Origin: Escherichia coli
GTDB taxonomy: Bacteria; Pseudomonadota; Gammaproteobacteria; Enterobacterales; Enterobacteriaceae
DNA length: 64,000 nucleotides
Assembly: GCF_030013595.1 (NCBI RefSeq)
Contig: NZ_CP122768.1
Strand: one strand, 5' to 3'
The notes beneath the pieces are model-generated. The model made no database searches and was not told the DNA's origin. It saw only the letters and a program-made list of their open reading frames with translations. A program made the position numbers and the translations under genes. The stretch's first letter is position 1. Each line of letters begins with the position of its first letter. Shown here one piece after another: positions 19,361 to 28,987 of this stretch.

Positions 19361-19449
19361 AATTCGATTTTTTAAACATGTCGTTGGAATACGTTTATGC
19401 CATCGACATGTTTTGGCGATATGTCGAAAAAACACGATTTTTTAAACAT
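19348..19449. repeat. Two 32 bp direct repeats with an internal inverted repeat
   Basis: gatatgtcgataaaattcgattttttaaacat (19348-19379) and gatatgtcgaaaaaacacgattttttaaacat (19418-19449); catgtcg ... cgacatg inverted repeat between them. Confidence 0.85.
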
Positions 19450-19504
19450 ATTTAACATAGCCAAACGGCAGACGGCATCATCTTCTCTCACAGCGGGAAT
19501 TAAA

Positions 19505-19909
19505 TCAGTAGGTGGCTGATTTACCCCTAATCACCTCAATGATCCCCGTCGTCGACACCGACGGCGTGCGGGGGAAATACACCACCTCACAAATATACGC
19601 AAAGCTGTCAAACTTCCCTGCCCAATCATCACCCATCACCAGAATATCCGCACCGTACCCCCGCAGATACTCCGCTTTCTGCTCCAGCGATTCTTCCAGA
19701 AATACGCCATCCACGCACGCCAGCCCGGCGATGATCGCCATGCGGTCATCCTGATGGTAAACCGGCGCTCTGCCCTTTTTGGCAATATTTAAGGCGTCGG
19801 ACGATACGCCGACCAGCAGCCGTTCGCCCAGCGTGCGGGCGCGTTGTAAAAGGCGCAGATGACCGACGTGAAACACATCGAAGGTGCCAAAGGTGATGAC
19901 CGTTTTCAT
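19505..19909 (-). CDS. Glycerol-3-phosphate cytidylyltransferase (TagD-like)
   Basis: 134 aa from MKTVITFGTFDVFHVGHLRLL; MGDDWAGKFD and VVYFPRT match TagD-type cytidylyltransferases; start codon is 2 bp from the lfiJ stop. Confidence 0.85.
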   Translation of the reverse strand: MKTVITFGTFDVFHVGHLRLLQRARTLGERLLVGVSSDALNIAKKGRAPVYHQDDRMAIIAGLACVDGVFLEESLEQKAEYLRGYGADILVMGDDWAGKFDSFAYICEVVYFPRTPSVSTTGIIEVIRGKSATY

Positions 19910-19911
19910 GG

Positions 19912-20346
19912 CTACTCCGCTAATTTGTGCCGCAGCCAGCACTGAACGGCGATATCGTCCACCGCTTTTTGCGCTTTCGCGTTGGCGCTTTCCTGCTGCT
20001 CGCGGCGTTTGTCGTCCAGCGTCAGGGCCACCACTTTCTCTTCGCACGCCGCCGCCGTCAGGTTTTTCTGCATTCGCGTGGCTTTGATGTTAGCCAGCGT
20101 TTTTTCCTGCTCCTGCCATGCGATCACCTTGCGCAAAGTGCCTTTGTAGCCGCTGACGTTTTTCAGCGATTCCACCGACGCCGCCGCGCCCGCAGACGTT
20201 TTCTCCACAAGGTAGCCTAACGCCTTGATATTGTTGTCATAGCCCGCGCAGATCTGTTTTTGCTTTGCCAGTTCGACGGTTTTGTCTTTGACCGATTTAT
20301 CCCGCAGGCGCTGCAACTGCGCCAGGGTGTCGATGATTTGTCGCAT
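19912..20346 (-). CDS. lfiJ: Flagellar export chaperone FliJ
   Basis: 144 aa coiled-coil protein after the FliI ATPase. Confidence 0.8.
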   Translation of the reverse strand: MRQIIDTLAQLQRLRDKSVKDKTVELAKQKQICAGYDNNIKALGYLVEKTSAGAAASVESLKNVSGYKGTLRKVIAWQEQEKTLANIKATRMQKNLTAAACEEKVVALTLDDKRREQQESANAKAQKAVDDIAVQCWLRHKLAE

Positions 20347-20348
20347 GG

Positions 20349-21686
20349 TTACTGTTCTGCCTTTTTGGCGGTGGGAAAGAGAATTTGCAGGCGGCTTTGC
20401 ACCAGTTCCAGGGAGGCGGGTTCGCGCATCTCCTGGCGCAAAAATCGCTCGATAGCCGGGAACATTTTCACCGCTTTGTCGACGCTGGCATCCGCGCCTG
20501 CCACGTAGCCGCCGAGTGGGATCAGCGGTTTGATCTCCATATAGGCGGCGTAGTTTTGCTTTAACGCGCGGGCGGATTGCTGATGTTCCAGGCTTGTGAC
20601 CTGGTTCATGCAGCGGCTGATCGACTGACCGATATCAATGGCCGGATAGTGCCCCGCTTCCGCCAGTTTGCGGGTTAATACGATATGCCCGTCCAGCACC
20701 GCGCGGGCGCAGTCAACGATGGGATCTTGCTGGTCGTCGCCTTCCGCCAGCACGGTGTAGATGGCGGTCATCGATCCCGCGCTTTCGCTGTTGCCTGCGC
20801 TCTCGACCAGTTTGGGGATCATGCCGAATGCCGATGGCGGATAGCCTTTGGTGGCGGGCGGTTCGCCGAGCGAGAGAGCAATTTCCCGCTGTGCCATCGC
20901 GTAGCGGGTCAGGGAATCCACCAGCAGTAAAACGTGATGCCCGCGGTCACGAAACCAGGCGGCGATGGAGTGGCACAGTTCGGTGGCTTTCAGGCGCATC
21001 AGCGGCGATTCATCGGCGGGCGCGACAACAACGATAGACTTTGCCAGCCCGTCCGCGCCCAACGAGTGGTCGATAAACTCTTTCACTTCGCGCCCGCGTT
21101 CGCCAATCAGCCCGACCACCACGATGTCTGCTTTGGTCTGGCGGGTGATCATCCCCAGCAGCACACTTTTCCCGACGCCGCTGCCCGCCATCAGACCGAC
21201 GCGCTGGCCTTTGCCGATGGTCAGCAGGCCGTTGATCGCTTTCACGCCCACGTCCAGCGGTTCGTCCACTGAACGGCGGGTTAAGGGATTAACCGAGGGC
21301 GGCAGCGGCGGCAGAAGGTCATTGCCGTTCAGGCGGCCTTTGCCATCCAGCGGTTCGCCGAGGCCATTCACCACGCGGCCTAACCAGCTTTCGCCAATCA
21401 GGATGTCGTGGGCTTTTTCTTCCGGGAAGACGCGTGCGCCCGCCATCAGGCCGACCGGCAGTTTAAACGGCATCAGGTAGGTGATGTCGCGATTAAAGCC
21501 TACGGCCTGCGCGTCGATAAGCGTGTGGTTGGCGCTTTCGATGCGGCACAGCTGCCCGGTCATTAGCGGGCAGCCGACGCTCTCCAGCAGGATGCCGTTT
21601 AGGCGCACCAGCCGCCCGGCGACGCGGGCCAGCGGGATCGACTCCAGCGAGCGCAGGGCGTTATCGAAAGCGGAAAAATCACTCAC
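20349..21686 (-). CDS. lfiI: Flagellum-specific ATPase FliI
   Basis: 445 aa; Walker A GSGVGKS. Confidence 0.9.
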   Translation of the reverse strand: MSDFSAFDNALRSLESIPLARVAGRLVRLNGILLESVGCPLMTGQLCRIESANHTLIDAQAVGFNRDITYLMPFKLPVGLMAGARVFPEEKAHDILIGESWLGRVVNGLGEPLDGKGRLNGNDLLPPLPPSVNPLTRRSVDEPLDVGVKAINGLLTIGKGQRVGLMAGSGVGKSVLLGMITRQTKADIVVVGLIGERGREVKEFIDHSLGADGLAKSIVVVAPADESPLMRLKATELCHSIAAWFRDRGHHVLLLVDSLTRYAMAQREIALSLGEPPATKGYPPSAFGMIPKLVESAGNSESAGSMTAIYTVLAEGDDQQDPIVDCARAVLDGHIVLTRKLAEAGHYPAIDIGQSISRCMNQVTSLEHQQSARALKQNYAAYMEIKPLIPLGGYVAGADASVDKAVKMFPAIERFLRQEMREPASLELVQSRLQILFPTAKKAEQ

Positions 21687-22389
21687 CCTGCGACTCCGGC
21701 GTTAGGGTTTCTTTCAGTGCGGTCATGCACTGTTCCAGGCGGTGCTCGCAGCCGATATCCAGTTCTGATTTATCAGTGATCACCCGGCATTCCCCCGGCG
21801 GCAAATCCGGCGAAGGCGTCAGCCCCCATTCGCTGACCTTTTCCGGCACCGCGTCGCGCAGGCGGTTAAACTCTTCCGTGCTCAGCATTACTTGCAGGGT
21901 CTCCGGCATCGCCGGGAAGGCCGCCAGCGCCTCTTCCACCAGCGCCAGCAACTGCGTCGGTTGCAGCGCAAGCTCGCAGCGGATCACCTGGCGGGTGACT
22001 TTTTCCACCAGTTGCAGCAAATCTTCCCGCTGTTTACGTTCGATATGGGCGAGGAAGTCGTTCACTTTTTCGGTGATGGCTTCCAGCGGTTGCGCCGCCT
22101 CAACAAACTGTTTGCGCCCTTCCTGCTGCCCGGCGAGGCTACCTTCGGTGTAGCCCTGGCGTCGCCCCTCGGCAAAACCTTGCTGATGACCTTCGCTAAA
22201 GCCCTGCTCCTGACCTTCGGTCATTCCCTGAGCAAACCCTTTTTGCAGCCCTTCCTGAAAACCGTCCATCAGCTGGCGCTGGTAATCGGCGGCGCTGATG
22301 CTGGCGGTGAGCGGTTCTCCGGTCACCGCACGCTGGCGCGGCGGAAAACGATGCAGGCGATAGCGCCCGCGCAGTGTTTCAATGGTCAT
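21679..22389 (-). CDS. lfiH: Flagellar assembly protein FliH
   Basis: 236 aa between the fliG and fliI homologues. Confidence 0.8.
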   Translation of the reverse strand: MTIETLRGRYRLHRFPPRQRAVTGEPLTASISAADYQRQLMDGFQEGLQKGFAQGMTEGQEQGFSEGHQQGFAEGRRQGYTEGSLAGQQEGRKQFVEAAQPLEAITEKVNDFLAHIERKQREDLLQLVEKVTRQVIRCELALQPTQLLALVEEALAAFPAMPETLQVMLSTEEFNRLRDAVPEKVSEWGLTPSPDLPPGECRVITDKSELDIGCEHRLEQCMTALKETLTPESQGE

Positions 22390-22392
22390 GGG

Positions 22393-23403
22393 TTACTCCG
22401 CCGTCTGTTCCGCAAAGAGCTGTAGCTGAATTTCGCCCGCCTCTTCCAGTTCACGGGCGATGCCCATGATTTCGCGGCGGATCTGTTCGATACGGCTGAC
22501 CGGCACCGGCCCCAGACGCGCGGTAATGGCTTCCAGTTGCTGCGCCTGACGTTTTGGCATTACCGCGTAAATCGAGCGGCGCAACAGGGCTTCGGTGCCT
22601 TTCAGCGCCACCGCCCAGTCTTCCATCGGCACTTCGTCGAGCAGACGTCGACGCACCTCTTCGTTCTGGCGGCTGAGGATAAAGAAGTCGTACATCTCAT
22701 CCTGGAGCTGCTCCAGCACCTCTTCGTCGCGCTCGCGCATCTGGTCGAGGATCACCTGCTGGTTACCCTGGAAGCGGTTGACGATATCCGCCGCCTGTTT
22801 GATGCCTTTTACCTTCGAGCCGTGTTCCGAAAGTACCGACAGACCGCGCTCGATCAGGCGGTCCAGTTCATCCACCACGTCGCGGTTAACATCGTTGAGT
22901 TTCGCCACCCGATAGAGAATTTCGTTTTGCACCGATTCGTTGAGATACGAGAGCACCGCCGCCGAGATTTCCGGCGTCAGAAACGCGAGGAACACCGCCT
23001 GCAATTGCAGATGTTCTTCGGAGATCAGCATCGCCAGCTGGCGTGGTTCCACCCATTGCAGGCGCGCCATCCGCGAGCGGATCTCATCGCCATAAATGCC
23101 GTTGATCACGCTGCTGGCGATCTCGGTGCCGAGGGCTTTGTTGAGAATGCCCTGCAACATGGATCGCGACGCACCGTTGATCCCGCTCTGCTCCCTGAAT
23201 TCATCAAAGAAGTTGTTGATCACTTTGCGCGCCATGCTGGTTTTAACGCCGGAAAGCCGCGCCATGTTTTCGCTCAGGCGCACCACTTCTTCGCGGCTGA
23301 GTTTTTGCATCACCGTCGCCGCCGCTTCTTCGCCAAGGCACAGCAGCAGGATCGCCGCCTGTTCCAGGTAGCTGTTGCTCTTATTTGTTGTCAATTCGCT
23401 CAT
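22393..23403 (-). CDS. lfiG: Flagellar motor switch protein FliG
   Basis: 336 aa; FliG family. Confidence 0.9.
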   Translation of the reverse strand: MSELTTNKSNSYLEQAAILLLCLGEEAAATVMQKLSREEVVRLSENMARLSGVKTSMARKVINNFFDEFREQSGINGASRSMLQGILNKALGTEIASSVINGIYGDEIRSRMARLQWVEPRQLAMLISEEHLQLQAVFLAFLTPEISAAVLSYLNESVQNEILYRVAKLNDVNRDVVDELDRLIERGLSVLSEHGSKVKGIKQAADIVNRFQGNQQVILDQMRERDEEVLEQLQDEMYDFFILSRQNEEVRRRLLDEVPMEDWAVALKGTEALLRRSIYAVMPKRQAQQLEAITARLGPVPVSRIEQIRREIMGIARELEEAGEIQLQLFAEQTAE

Positions 23404-25027
23404 TGCTGGTGATCCATTGTCTGAGAACTTCGGCTACGCGATCGGTGTCGCTCATGGCCAGTTTTTGCAGGAACTCGAGTTTTACTTCGAGGCCGGAACT
23501 CTGGGACGGCAGGCTGTCATCACCAGGCAGCGACGGCAGGTCGACGTTTTTGCGCTCCTCTTCCGGCATGGCAATCCACGGTTCGCTGACAGCTTCCGGT
23601 TCTGGTGTGATAACTGGCGCACGTACCGCCGTCAGCCGTTTCATCAGTGGGCGCACCACGAACAACAGCAACAACAGCGCCAGCAGGCCACAGCCAATCA
23701 GCCGCACCCAGGCCAGCACGCTGTCATCTTTCCACAGCGGAATAATTGGTTCGACCGGCATCGCCTGCGGGACAAAGTTAAGCAGCGATAAGGTGAGATT
23801 GTCACCGCGCTGGACGTCAATCCCGGCGGCATTGTTCAGCAACGCGGTCAGTTGCGCAGTCTGCTCCGGCTTCCAGTTTTTCAGCGCCGGGGCGTTTTGA
23901 TTGAGCACCACCGCCACGTTAAGGCGTTTCACCGCAAATCCGGGATGCTGAATATGCTGGACGCTGCGGTCGTAAGAGTAATCGCGCTTGCTTTCGCTGT
24001 GTTTCGAAAGCGCTTCCGGCGAGCGGTTTTCTTCCGTGCCGTTGGTCATTTGATTCGCCGCAACCGGCGGGCGGTTGCTGAGCGAACCGGGCACGCCCAT
24101 CGCCACCTGGTTAGTGTCGCTGTCCAGCACGCTCTCTTCGCGGTTGATTTTCGGCGCGTCGCCGTAGTGTTCCTGGGTTTCGTCGATGGTACTGAGGTCG
24201 AGATCCGGCATCACGCTGACGCGGTAATTCCCCGTACCAACCAGCGAATCCAGCACGTTCGCCACGCTGGCGCGGGTTTTGTCCTGGATATCTTTGAGGA
24301 TCTGATCGCGTTTACGGGTGGCGGCAGAAACCGCCTCGCCTGCGCCAATGCCGTCGGTCAGCAGATTTCCCGCCTGATCGACGACGCTAACTTTGCTGGC
24401 GTGCAGCCCCGGAATGCTGTCGGACACCAGATGCACAATGGCGTTCACCTGGTCCATATTCAGCTTCGCGCCGTAGTGCAGGCGCACCACCACCGAGGCG
24501 CTGTTTTGCGGCTCATCGCTGACCACAAACGAGCTTTCTTCGTTAAGCGCCAGATGCACCCGTGCGCTCTCCACCGCGTCCAGCGACATAATGCTCTGCG
24601 CCAGCTCCCCTTCGAGGCTGCGTTTGTAGCGCACGTTCTGCACGAACTGGCTGCTGCCGAGCACTTCGTCTTTGTCCATCAGCTCGTAGCCGCTGGGCAA
24701 TATCGCCTGCACGCCTTTGGCGGCAAGGGTCATGCGCGTTTTCGACAGTTCATCTTCCGGCACCAGAATTTGCCCGCTCTGCGGGTCAATGCGGTAGCTG
24801 AGCTTTTCACCGTCCAGCACGGTGACAATCTGCGACACAGGCAGATTTTCCTGGCGTCCGTAGAGCGAGACGTAGCCGCGATTACCGGTCCACAGCACAC
24901 TAACGATAATCGCCGTCGCCGCAACGGCAAGCCCCACTCCCGCCATCAATGCCCAGCGTTTGTTATCTGCAAGACGCAGTCGAAACGCCGGAAACGCCTG
25001 GGTTAACTTATTTATTTGTGCATTCAT
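23381..25027 (-). CDS. lfiF: Flagellar MS-ring protein FliF
   Basis: 548 aa with N- and C-terminal TM segments. Confidence 0.9.
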   Translation of the reverse strand: MNAQINKLTQAFPAFRLRLADNKRWALMAGVGLAVAATAIIVSVLWTGNRGYVSLYGRQENLPVSQIVTVLDGEKLSYRIDPQSGQILVPEDELSKTRMTLAAKGVQAILPSGYELMDKDEVLGSSQFVQNVRYKRSLEGELAQSIMSLDAVESARVHLALNEESSFVVSDEPQNSASVVVRLHYGAKLNMDQVNAIVHLVSDSIPGLHASKVSVVDQAGNLLTDGIGAGEAVSAATRKRDQILKDIQDKTRASVANVLDSLVGTGNYRVSVMPDLDLSTIDETQEHYGDAPKINREESVLDSDTNQVAMGVPGSLSNRPPVAANQMTNGTEENRSPEALSKHSESKRDYSYDRSVQHIQHPGFAVKRLNVAVVLNQNAPALKNWKPEQTAQLTALLNNAAGIDVQRGDNLTLSLLNFVPQAMPVEPIIPLWKDDSVLAWVRLIGCGLLALLLLLFVVRPLMKRLTAVRAPVITPEPEAVSEPWIAMPEEERKNVDLPSLPGDDSLPSQSSGLEVKLEFLQKLAMSDTDRVAEVLRQWITSNERIDNK

Positions 25028-25031
25028 AGGG

Positions 25032-25373
25032 TTAGATCGACATACTCATCAGATCGTTAAATCCGGTGGCGATTTTGTTGCGCACCTGCACCAGCGCGGA
25101 GAACGAGAGCGATGCCTGCTGGCTGGCGATCATCGCGCCGGCCAGGTCATCGCTTTTACCCAGGTCGATTGCCGTTTGCTGCTGCTCCGCCACCTGCTGG
25201 AACTGGTCAACGTGACCGAGCGCACCGCTCATAATGCGGTTAAACGACACGTCCGGGTCGGTGGAACTGAAGGTCATGGCGGGCAGCACCGGTGCCTGGG
25301 CGTTGGCCTGCATCCGCTGCACGTCCTGCATGATTTGCGCCTGCATGGTGCTGTTGATTGTGGTAATGCTCAT
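25032..25373 (-). CDS. lfiE: Flagellar hook-basal body protein FliE
   Basis: 113 aa; FliE family. Confidence 0.85.
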   Translation of the reverse strand: MSITTINSTMQAQIMQDVQRMQANAQAPVLPAMTFSSTDPDVSFNRIMSGALGHVDQFQQVAEQQQTAIDLGKSDDLAGAMIASQQASLSFSALVQVRNKIATGFNDLMSMSI

Positions 25374-25387
25374 TTTTAACTTCCGGG

Positions 25388-26374
25388 TCAGGAGAAAACT
25401 TCAATACCGTGCTTGCGCATGGAGGCCAGTCGATAGCGCAGTGCGCGCGGGGTAATGCCTAACAGGTCGGCAATTTTGCTGCGGTTGCCCTGATATTTAC
25501 GCATCAGGTCGGCGATATATTGATACTGGGCGCTACGTCCGGCCTGGCCTAAATCGCTGGTTTCCGCAACAGATACGGAGGGCTGAATGGGCCATTGCAG
25601 TTCGCTGTGGTCGGCAATGTCATTTTCCGGCAGGCCTAACGCGTCCGGGTAAATCACGCCGTCGCGATTTAAAATCATTCCCCGCTGAATGGCGTTTTCC
25701 AGCTGGCGCACATTACCCGGCCAGCGGTAATTCAGCAGCGCACGGCGGGTAGATTCCGAAAGGGTGATATTTTTCACCAGCACCGTGGAGTATTTTTTAA
25801 TAAATGACTCTGCCAGCGGAATAATATCGTTCAGACGTTCACGCAGCGGCGGCATGGTAATAGGAATAACCACCAGACGATAATAGAGATCTTCACGAAA
25901 ACGCCCTTCGGCGACTTCCTGCTCAAGGTTTTTATTGGTGCAGGCAATCAGGCGAAAATTGAGTTTAATTTGTCGGTTGCTGCCTAATCGCTCAACCTGT
26001 TGTTCCTGCAATACGCGTAATATTTTGGCCTGTAATGCCAGCGGCATATCGCCAATTTCATCGAGCAATAAGGTGCCGTTATTTGCCAGTTCCATTTTGC
26101 CTGGCACGCTGGCAATTGCGCCGGTAAATGCGCCTTTGTCGTAGCCAAATAATGTAGCTTCCAGCATGTTTTCCGGGATCGCCGCGCAGTTCACGCCGAC
26201 ATAGGGTGCGCTTTCATTTTCACCAAAGGCTACGGTGTGAATATATTTTGCCACGCACTCTTTGCCCGCGCCGGTTTCGCCCTGAATGAGCACCGGCACG
26301 TTAAATGCGGCGACACGCTTTGCCAGAGTAAAAGCGTTAATGCTGGAAGCGGCAGTTGCAATAAGTTCAGACAT
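25388..26374 (-). CDS. lafK: Sigma-54-dependent transcriptional activator (AAA+ domain plus C-terminal HTH, no N-terminal regulatory domain)
   Basis: 328 aa; Walker A GETGAGKE within 35 aa of the N-terminus; GAFTGA-type loop; C-terminal Fis-type HTH; an in-frame stop 26 codons upstream rules out a longer N-terminus. Confidence 0.85.
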   Translation of the reverse strand: MSELIATAASSINAFTLAKRVAAFNVPVLIQGETGAGKECVAKYIHTVAFGENESAPYVGVNCAAIPENMLEATLFGYDKGAFTGAIASVPGKMELANNGTLLLDEIGDMPLALQAKILRVLQEQQVERLGSNRQIKLNFRLIACTNKNLEQEVAEGRFREDLYYRLVVIPITMPPLRERLNDIIPLAESFIKKYSTVLVKNITLSESTRRALLNYRWPGNVRQLENAIQRGMILNRDGVIYPDALGLPENDIADHSELQWPIQPSVSVAETSDLGQAGRSAQYQYIADLMRKYQGNRSKIADLLGITPRALRYRLASMRKHGIEVFS

Positions 26375-26527
26375 AGGGTGAACGATATAAGTAGCGACAA
26401 TAATCAGGATGTTCTGAAGCGTATCACCGGCGGGATTAACAAGTTCGAATTAAACGATAATAAAAATATTATTTGATGGTAAACAATGAGTTAGATATTA
26501 ATACTGTTAATTTGGACATCTGTGATG

Positions 26528-26568
26528 CCCCCTCACCCTAACCCTCTCCCCGGATGGGGCGAGGGGAC
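26528..26568. repeat. GC-rich palindromic intergenic repeat, single unit
   Basis: cccctcaccctaaccctctccccggatggggcgaggggac in the lafK / lfiM divergent region. Confidence 0.8.
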
Positions 26569-26746
26569 AGACCGCAGACTGATTGGCGAAAATCACTCCC
26601 ATTAAGCAATTAATCGATTAATTATTTTTTCATCCTATTAATAATTTGCCCCTTTCACTCCCCCTCTATTTAATACCTCACCTTGTGTCACTGCCGGATT
26701 TGCGTGCACAAAATCGCCCATACCATTACAGCAGAGAAAGTAAGCC

Positions 26747-27598
26747 ATGCTGAAGTACAGTAAAACGCCAGGCATCTTTAAATTAGAAGGTAATCGGCTC
26801 GGACGCCCCTACCATCGCCTGCCGACCCTGTTTACGGGGAATTTTGACGTGATTGATTCGCATCTTGGCAGCTACTTTCTCAAAAAGCATCGCAGCAATA
26901 TCACCTTAAAAAAGATTGGCTGCGAAATGGATATTATTAATAAAAACGCCGAGCTGATGGTTTCCCAGGTCGGGCATCTGGCGTTTGATATTGATCGCTC
27001 CTTGCTGTTAATGCTGCTGGGCAATTTTTATGGTCTGGAGTCGTCTCTTGAAGAGGCGAAAGACCATAATGGCCTGCCGACCAAAACCGAAACGCGGTTA
27101 AAGAACCGCCTCGCGCTGGATATCTGCACGCTGATTTTTAATCTGCAAACCTCCGGTATTGCGCTGAAATTAAAGCTGGATAGCAGCACGGTGATTACCC
27201 ACTGGGCGTATCAATTAACCTTTACCCTCGCGGGTGATGAAGAGAGCAGTTTTCGTATTTTGCTCGACGACGCCCATACCGATTTTATTTTAAATCTGAT
27301 CCGCCACAGCGAGCACAGTAAACCGCAGCAGGTGGCAAAATCGGTTAATAAACCGGCCCTGATTAAAGAAATCATCCGCTCCCTGCCGCTGACCCTGAAC
27401 GTCAAAATCGCCGAGCTGTCGATGAATGTCGCCGATCTGGCGCAGATAAAAGCCGGGGATATTTTACCCATCTCGCTGGGAGAAACGTTCCCGGTGGCGA
27501 TTGGGCAATCTGAATTATTTAGCGCCCTGATTGTGGAAGACAAAGACAAACTGTTTTTGTCGGAGCTGGCGGGCAAAAATGAGAATAGCCATGAGTAA
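26747..27598 (+). CDS. lfiM: Flagellar motor switch protein FliM (short lateral form)
   Basis: 283 aa; first gene of the lfiMNPQR-lfhBA operon. Confidence 0.8.
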   Translation: MLKYSKTPGIFKLEGNRLGRPYHRLPTLFTGNFDVIDSHLGSYFLKKHRSNITLKKIGCEMDIINKNAELMVSQVGHLAFDIDRSLLLMLLGNFYGLESSLEEAKDHNGLPTKTETRLKNRLALDICTLIFNLQTSGIALKLKLDSSTVITHWAYQLTFTLAGDEESSFRILLDDAHTDFILNLIRHSEHSKPQQVAKSVNKPALIKEIIRSLPLTLNVKIAELSMNVADLAQIKAGDILPISLGETFPVAIGQSELFSALIVEDKDKLFLSELAGKNENSHE

Positions 27599-27962
27599 GC
27601 AAGAAGATATTTTAGCCGGGGATTTTGGCCTCACCGATGAAGTTGCGCCTGTCGCGAAATCCGCCGACGCTGAAACGCTGGTCACCCGCCTGGAAGACCG
27701 CTTTTCCGACTCGATGACGCTGCTGAAACGCATTCCGGTGACCTTAACGCTGGAAGTGTCGTCGGTGGAAATTATGTTAGCCGACCTGCTTAACATCGAC
27801 GACGACACGGTGATTGAGCTGGATAAGCTCGCCGGGGAGCCGCTGGATATCAAAGTGAACAATATCCTGCTGGGCAAAGCGGAAGTGGTGGTGGTCAACG
27901 AGAAGTACGGCCTGCGCGTGCTGGAGTTTAACACCCGCGATATCAACGACCTGGCACCATGA
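27591..27962 (+). CDS. lfiN: Flagellar motor switch protein FliN
   Basis: C-terminal SpoA/FliN domain; start ambiguous (ATG at 27591 overlapping the lfiM stop, or 27579). Confidence 0.8.
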   Translation: MSKQEDILAGDFGLTDEVAPVAKSADAETLVTRLEDRFSDSMTLLKRIPVTLTLEVSSVEIMLADLLNIDDDTVIELDKLAGEPLDIKVNNILLGKAEVVVVNEKYGLRVLEFNTRDINDLAP

Positions 27963-28711
27963 AACGCCGCACTCAACTGACGCTGGGCCTTGGGCTGCTG
28001 GCGCTTGCGCCGCTGGCGTTAGCCCAGGGTGGCGATATTGCGCTGCTTAACGTGGTCACCCACGGCAACACTCAGGAGTACAGCGTCAAAATCCAGGTGC
28101 TGATTCTGATGACCCTCGTCGGTTTGCTGCCGACGATGGTGCTGATGATGACCTGCTTTACGCGCTTTATTATCGTGCTGTCGCTGCTGCGCCAGGCGCT
28201 GGGGCTGCAACAAACGCCGCCAAACCGTATTCTGATTGGTATTGCGCTCTCACTCACCATGCTGGTGATGCGCCCTATCTGGCTCAATATTTACGACCAT
28301 GCGGTGGTGCCGTTCGAAAACGATCGGATTACGCTGACCGATGCGTTAAGCATCGCCGCGACGCCGCTGAAACGCTTTATGCTGGCGCAGACCGACAAAA
28401 AAGCGATGGCGCAAATCATGACCATCGGCGGCGCAAAGGGCAATGCCGCCGACCAGGATCTCTCGATTGTGGTGCCCGCCTATGTGTTGAGCGAGCTGAA
28501 AACGGCCTTCCAGATTGGCTTTATGATTTACATCCCGTTTCTGGTTATCGACCTGATTGTCGCCAGCGTATTGATGGCGATGGGGATGATGATGCTGTCG
28601 CCGCTGATTGTTTCGCTGCCCTTTAAACTGATGCTGTTTGTGCTGATCGACGGCTGGTCGCTGACAATCGGTACGCTCACCACCAGCATTCGCGGGCTGG
28701 GGCTGGGCTGA
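27959..28711 (+). CDS. lfiP: Flagellar export apparatus protein FliP
   Basis: 250 aa; signal peptide and TM segments. Confidence 0.9.
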   Translation: MKRRTQLTLGLGLLALAPLALAQGGDIALLNVVTHGNTQEYSVKIQVLILMTLVGLLPTMVLMMTCFTRFIIVLSLLRQALGLQQTPPNRILIGIALSLTMLVMRPIWLNIYDHAVVPFENDRITLTDALSIAATPLKRFMLAQTDKKAMAQIMTIGGAKGNAADQDLSIVVPAYVLSELKTAFQIGFMIYIPFLVIDLIVASVLMAMGMMMLSPLIVSLPFKLMLFVLIDGWSLTIGTLTTSIRGLGLG

Positions 28712-28713
28712 TT

Positions 28714-28986
28714 ATGTTGACCGTAGACGTAGCCGCCGACATTGTCGCGAGCGGCATTAAAGTGGTGATTTTACTGGTTTCGGTACTGGTAGTGCCAAGC
28801 CTGCTGGTTGGCCTGCTGGTGAGCGTGTTCCAGGCGGTGACGCAGATTAACGAACAGACCCTGAGTTTTTTGCCGAGGCTGATTGTCACGCTGGTGGTGC
28901 TGGGCGTGTGCGGCAAATGGATGATTATCCAATTGCATGATCTGTGTATTCATCTGTTTACCCAGGCCGCGTTGCTGGTGCATTAA
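28714..28986 (+). CDS. lfiQ: Flagellar export apparatus protein FliQ
   Basis: 90 aa, two TM helices. Confidence 0.9.
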   Translation: MLTVDVAADIVASGIKVVILLVSVLVVPSLLVGLLVSVFQAVTQINEQTLSFLPRLIVTLVVLGVCGKWMIIQLHDLCIHLFTQAALLVH

Positions 28987-28987
28987 G

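Noticed and set aside
26600-26746. Sigma-54 promoter upstream of lfiM
   Set aside because: No GG-N10-GC match with correct spacing; the closest (TGTCAC..TTTGC) has wrong spacing. The operon is probably driven by a different sigma factor
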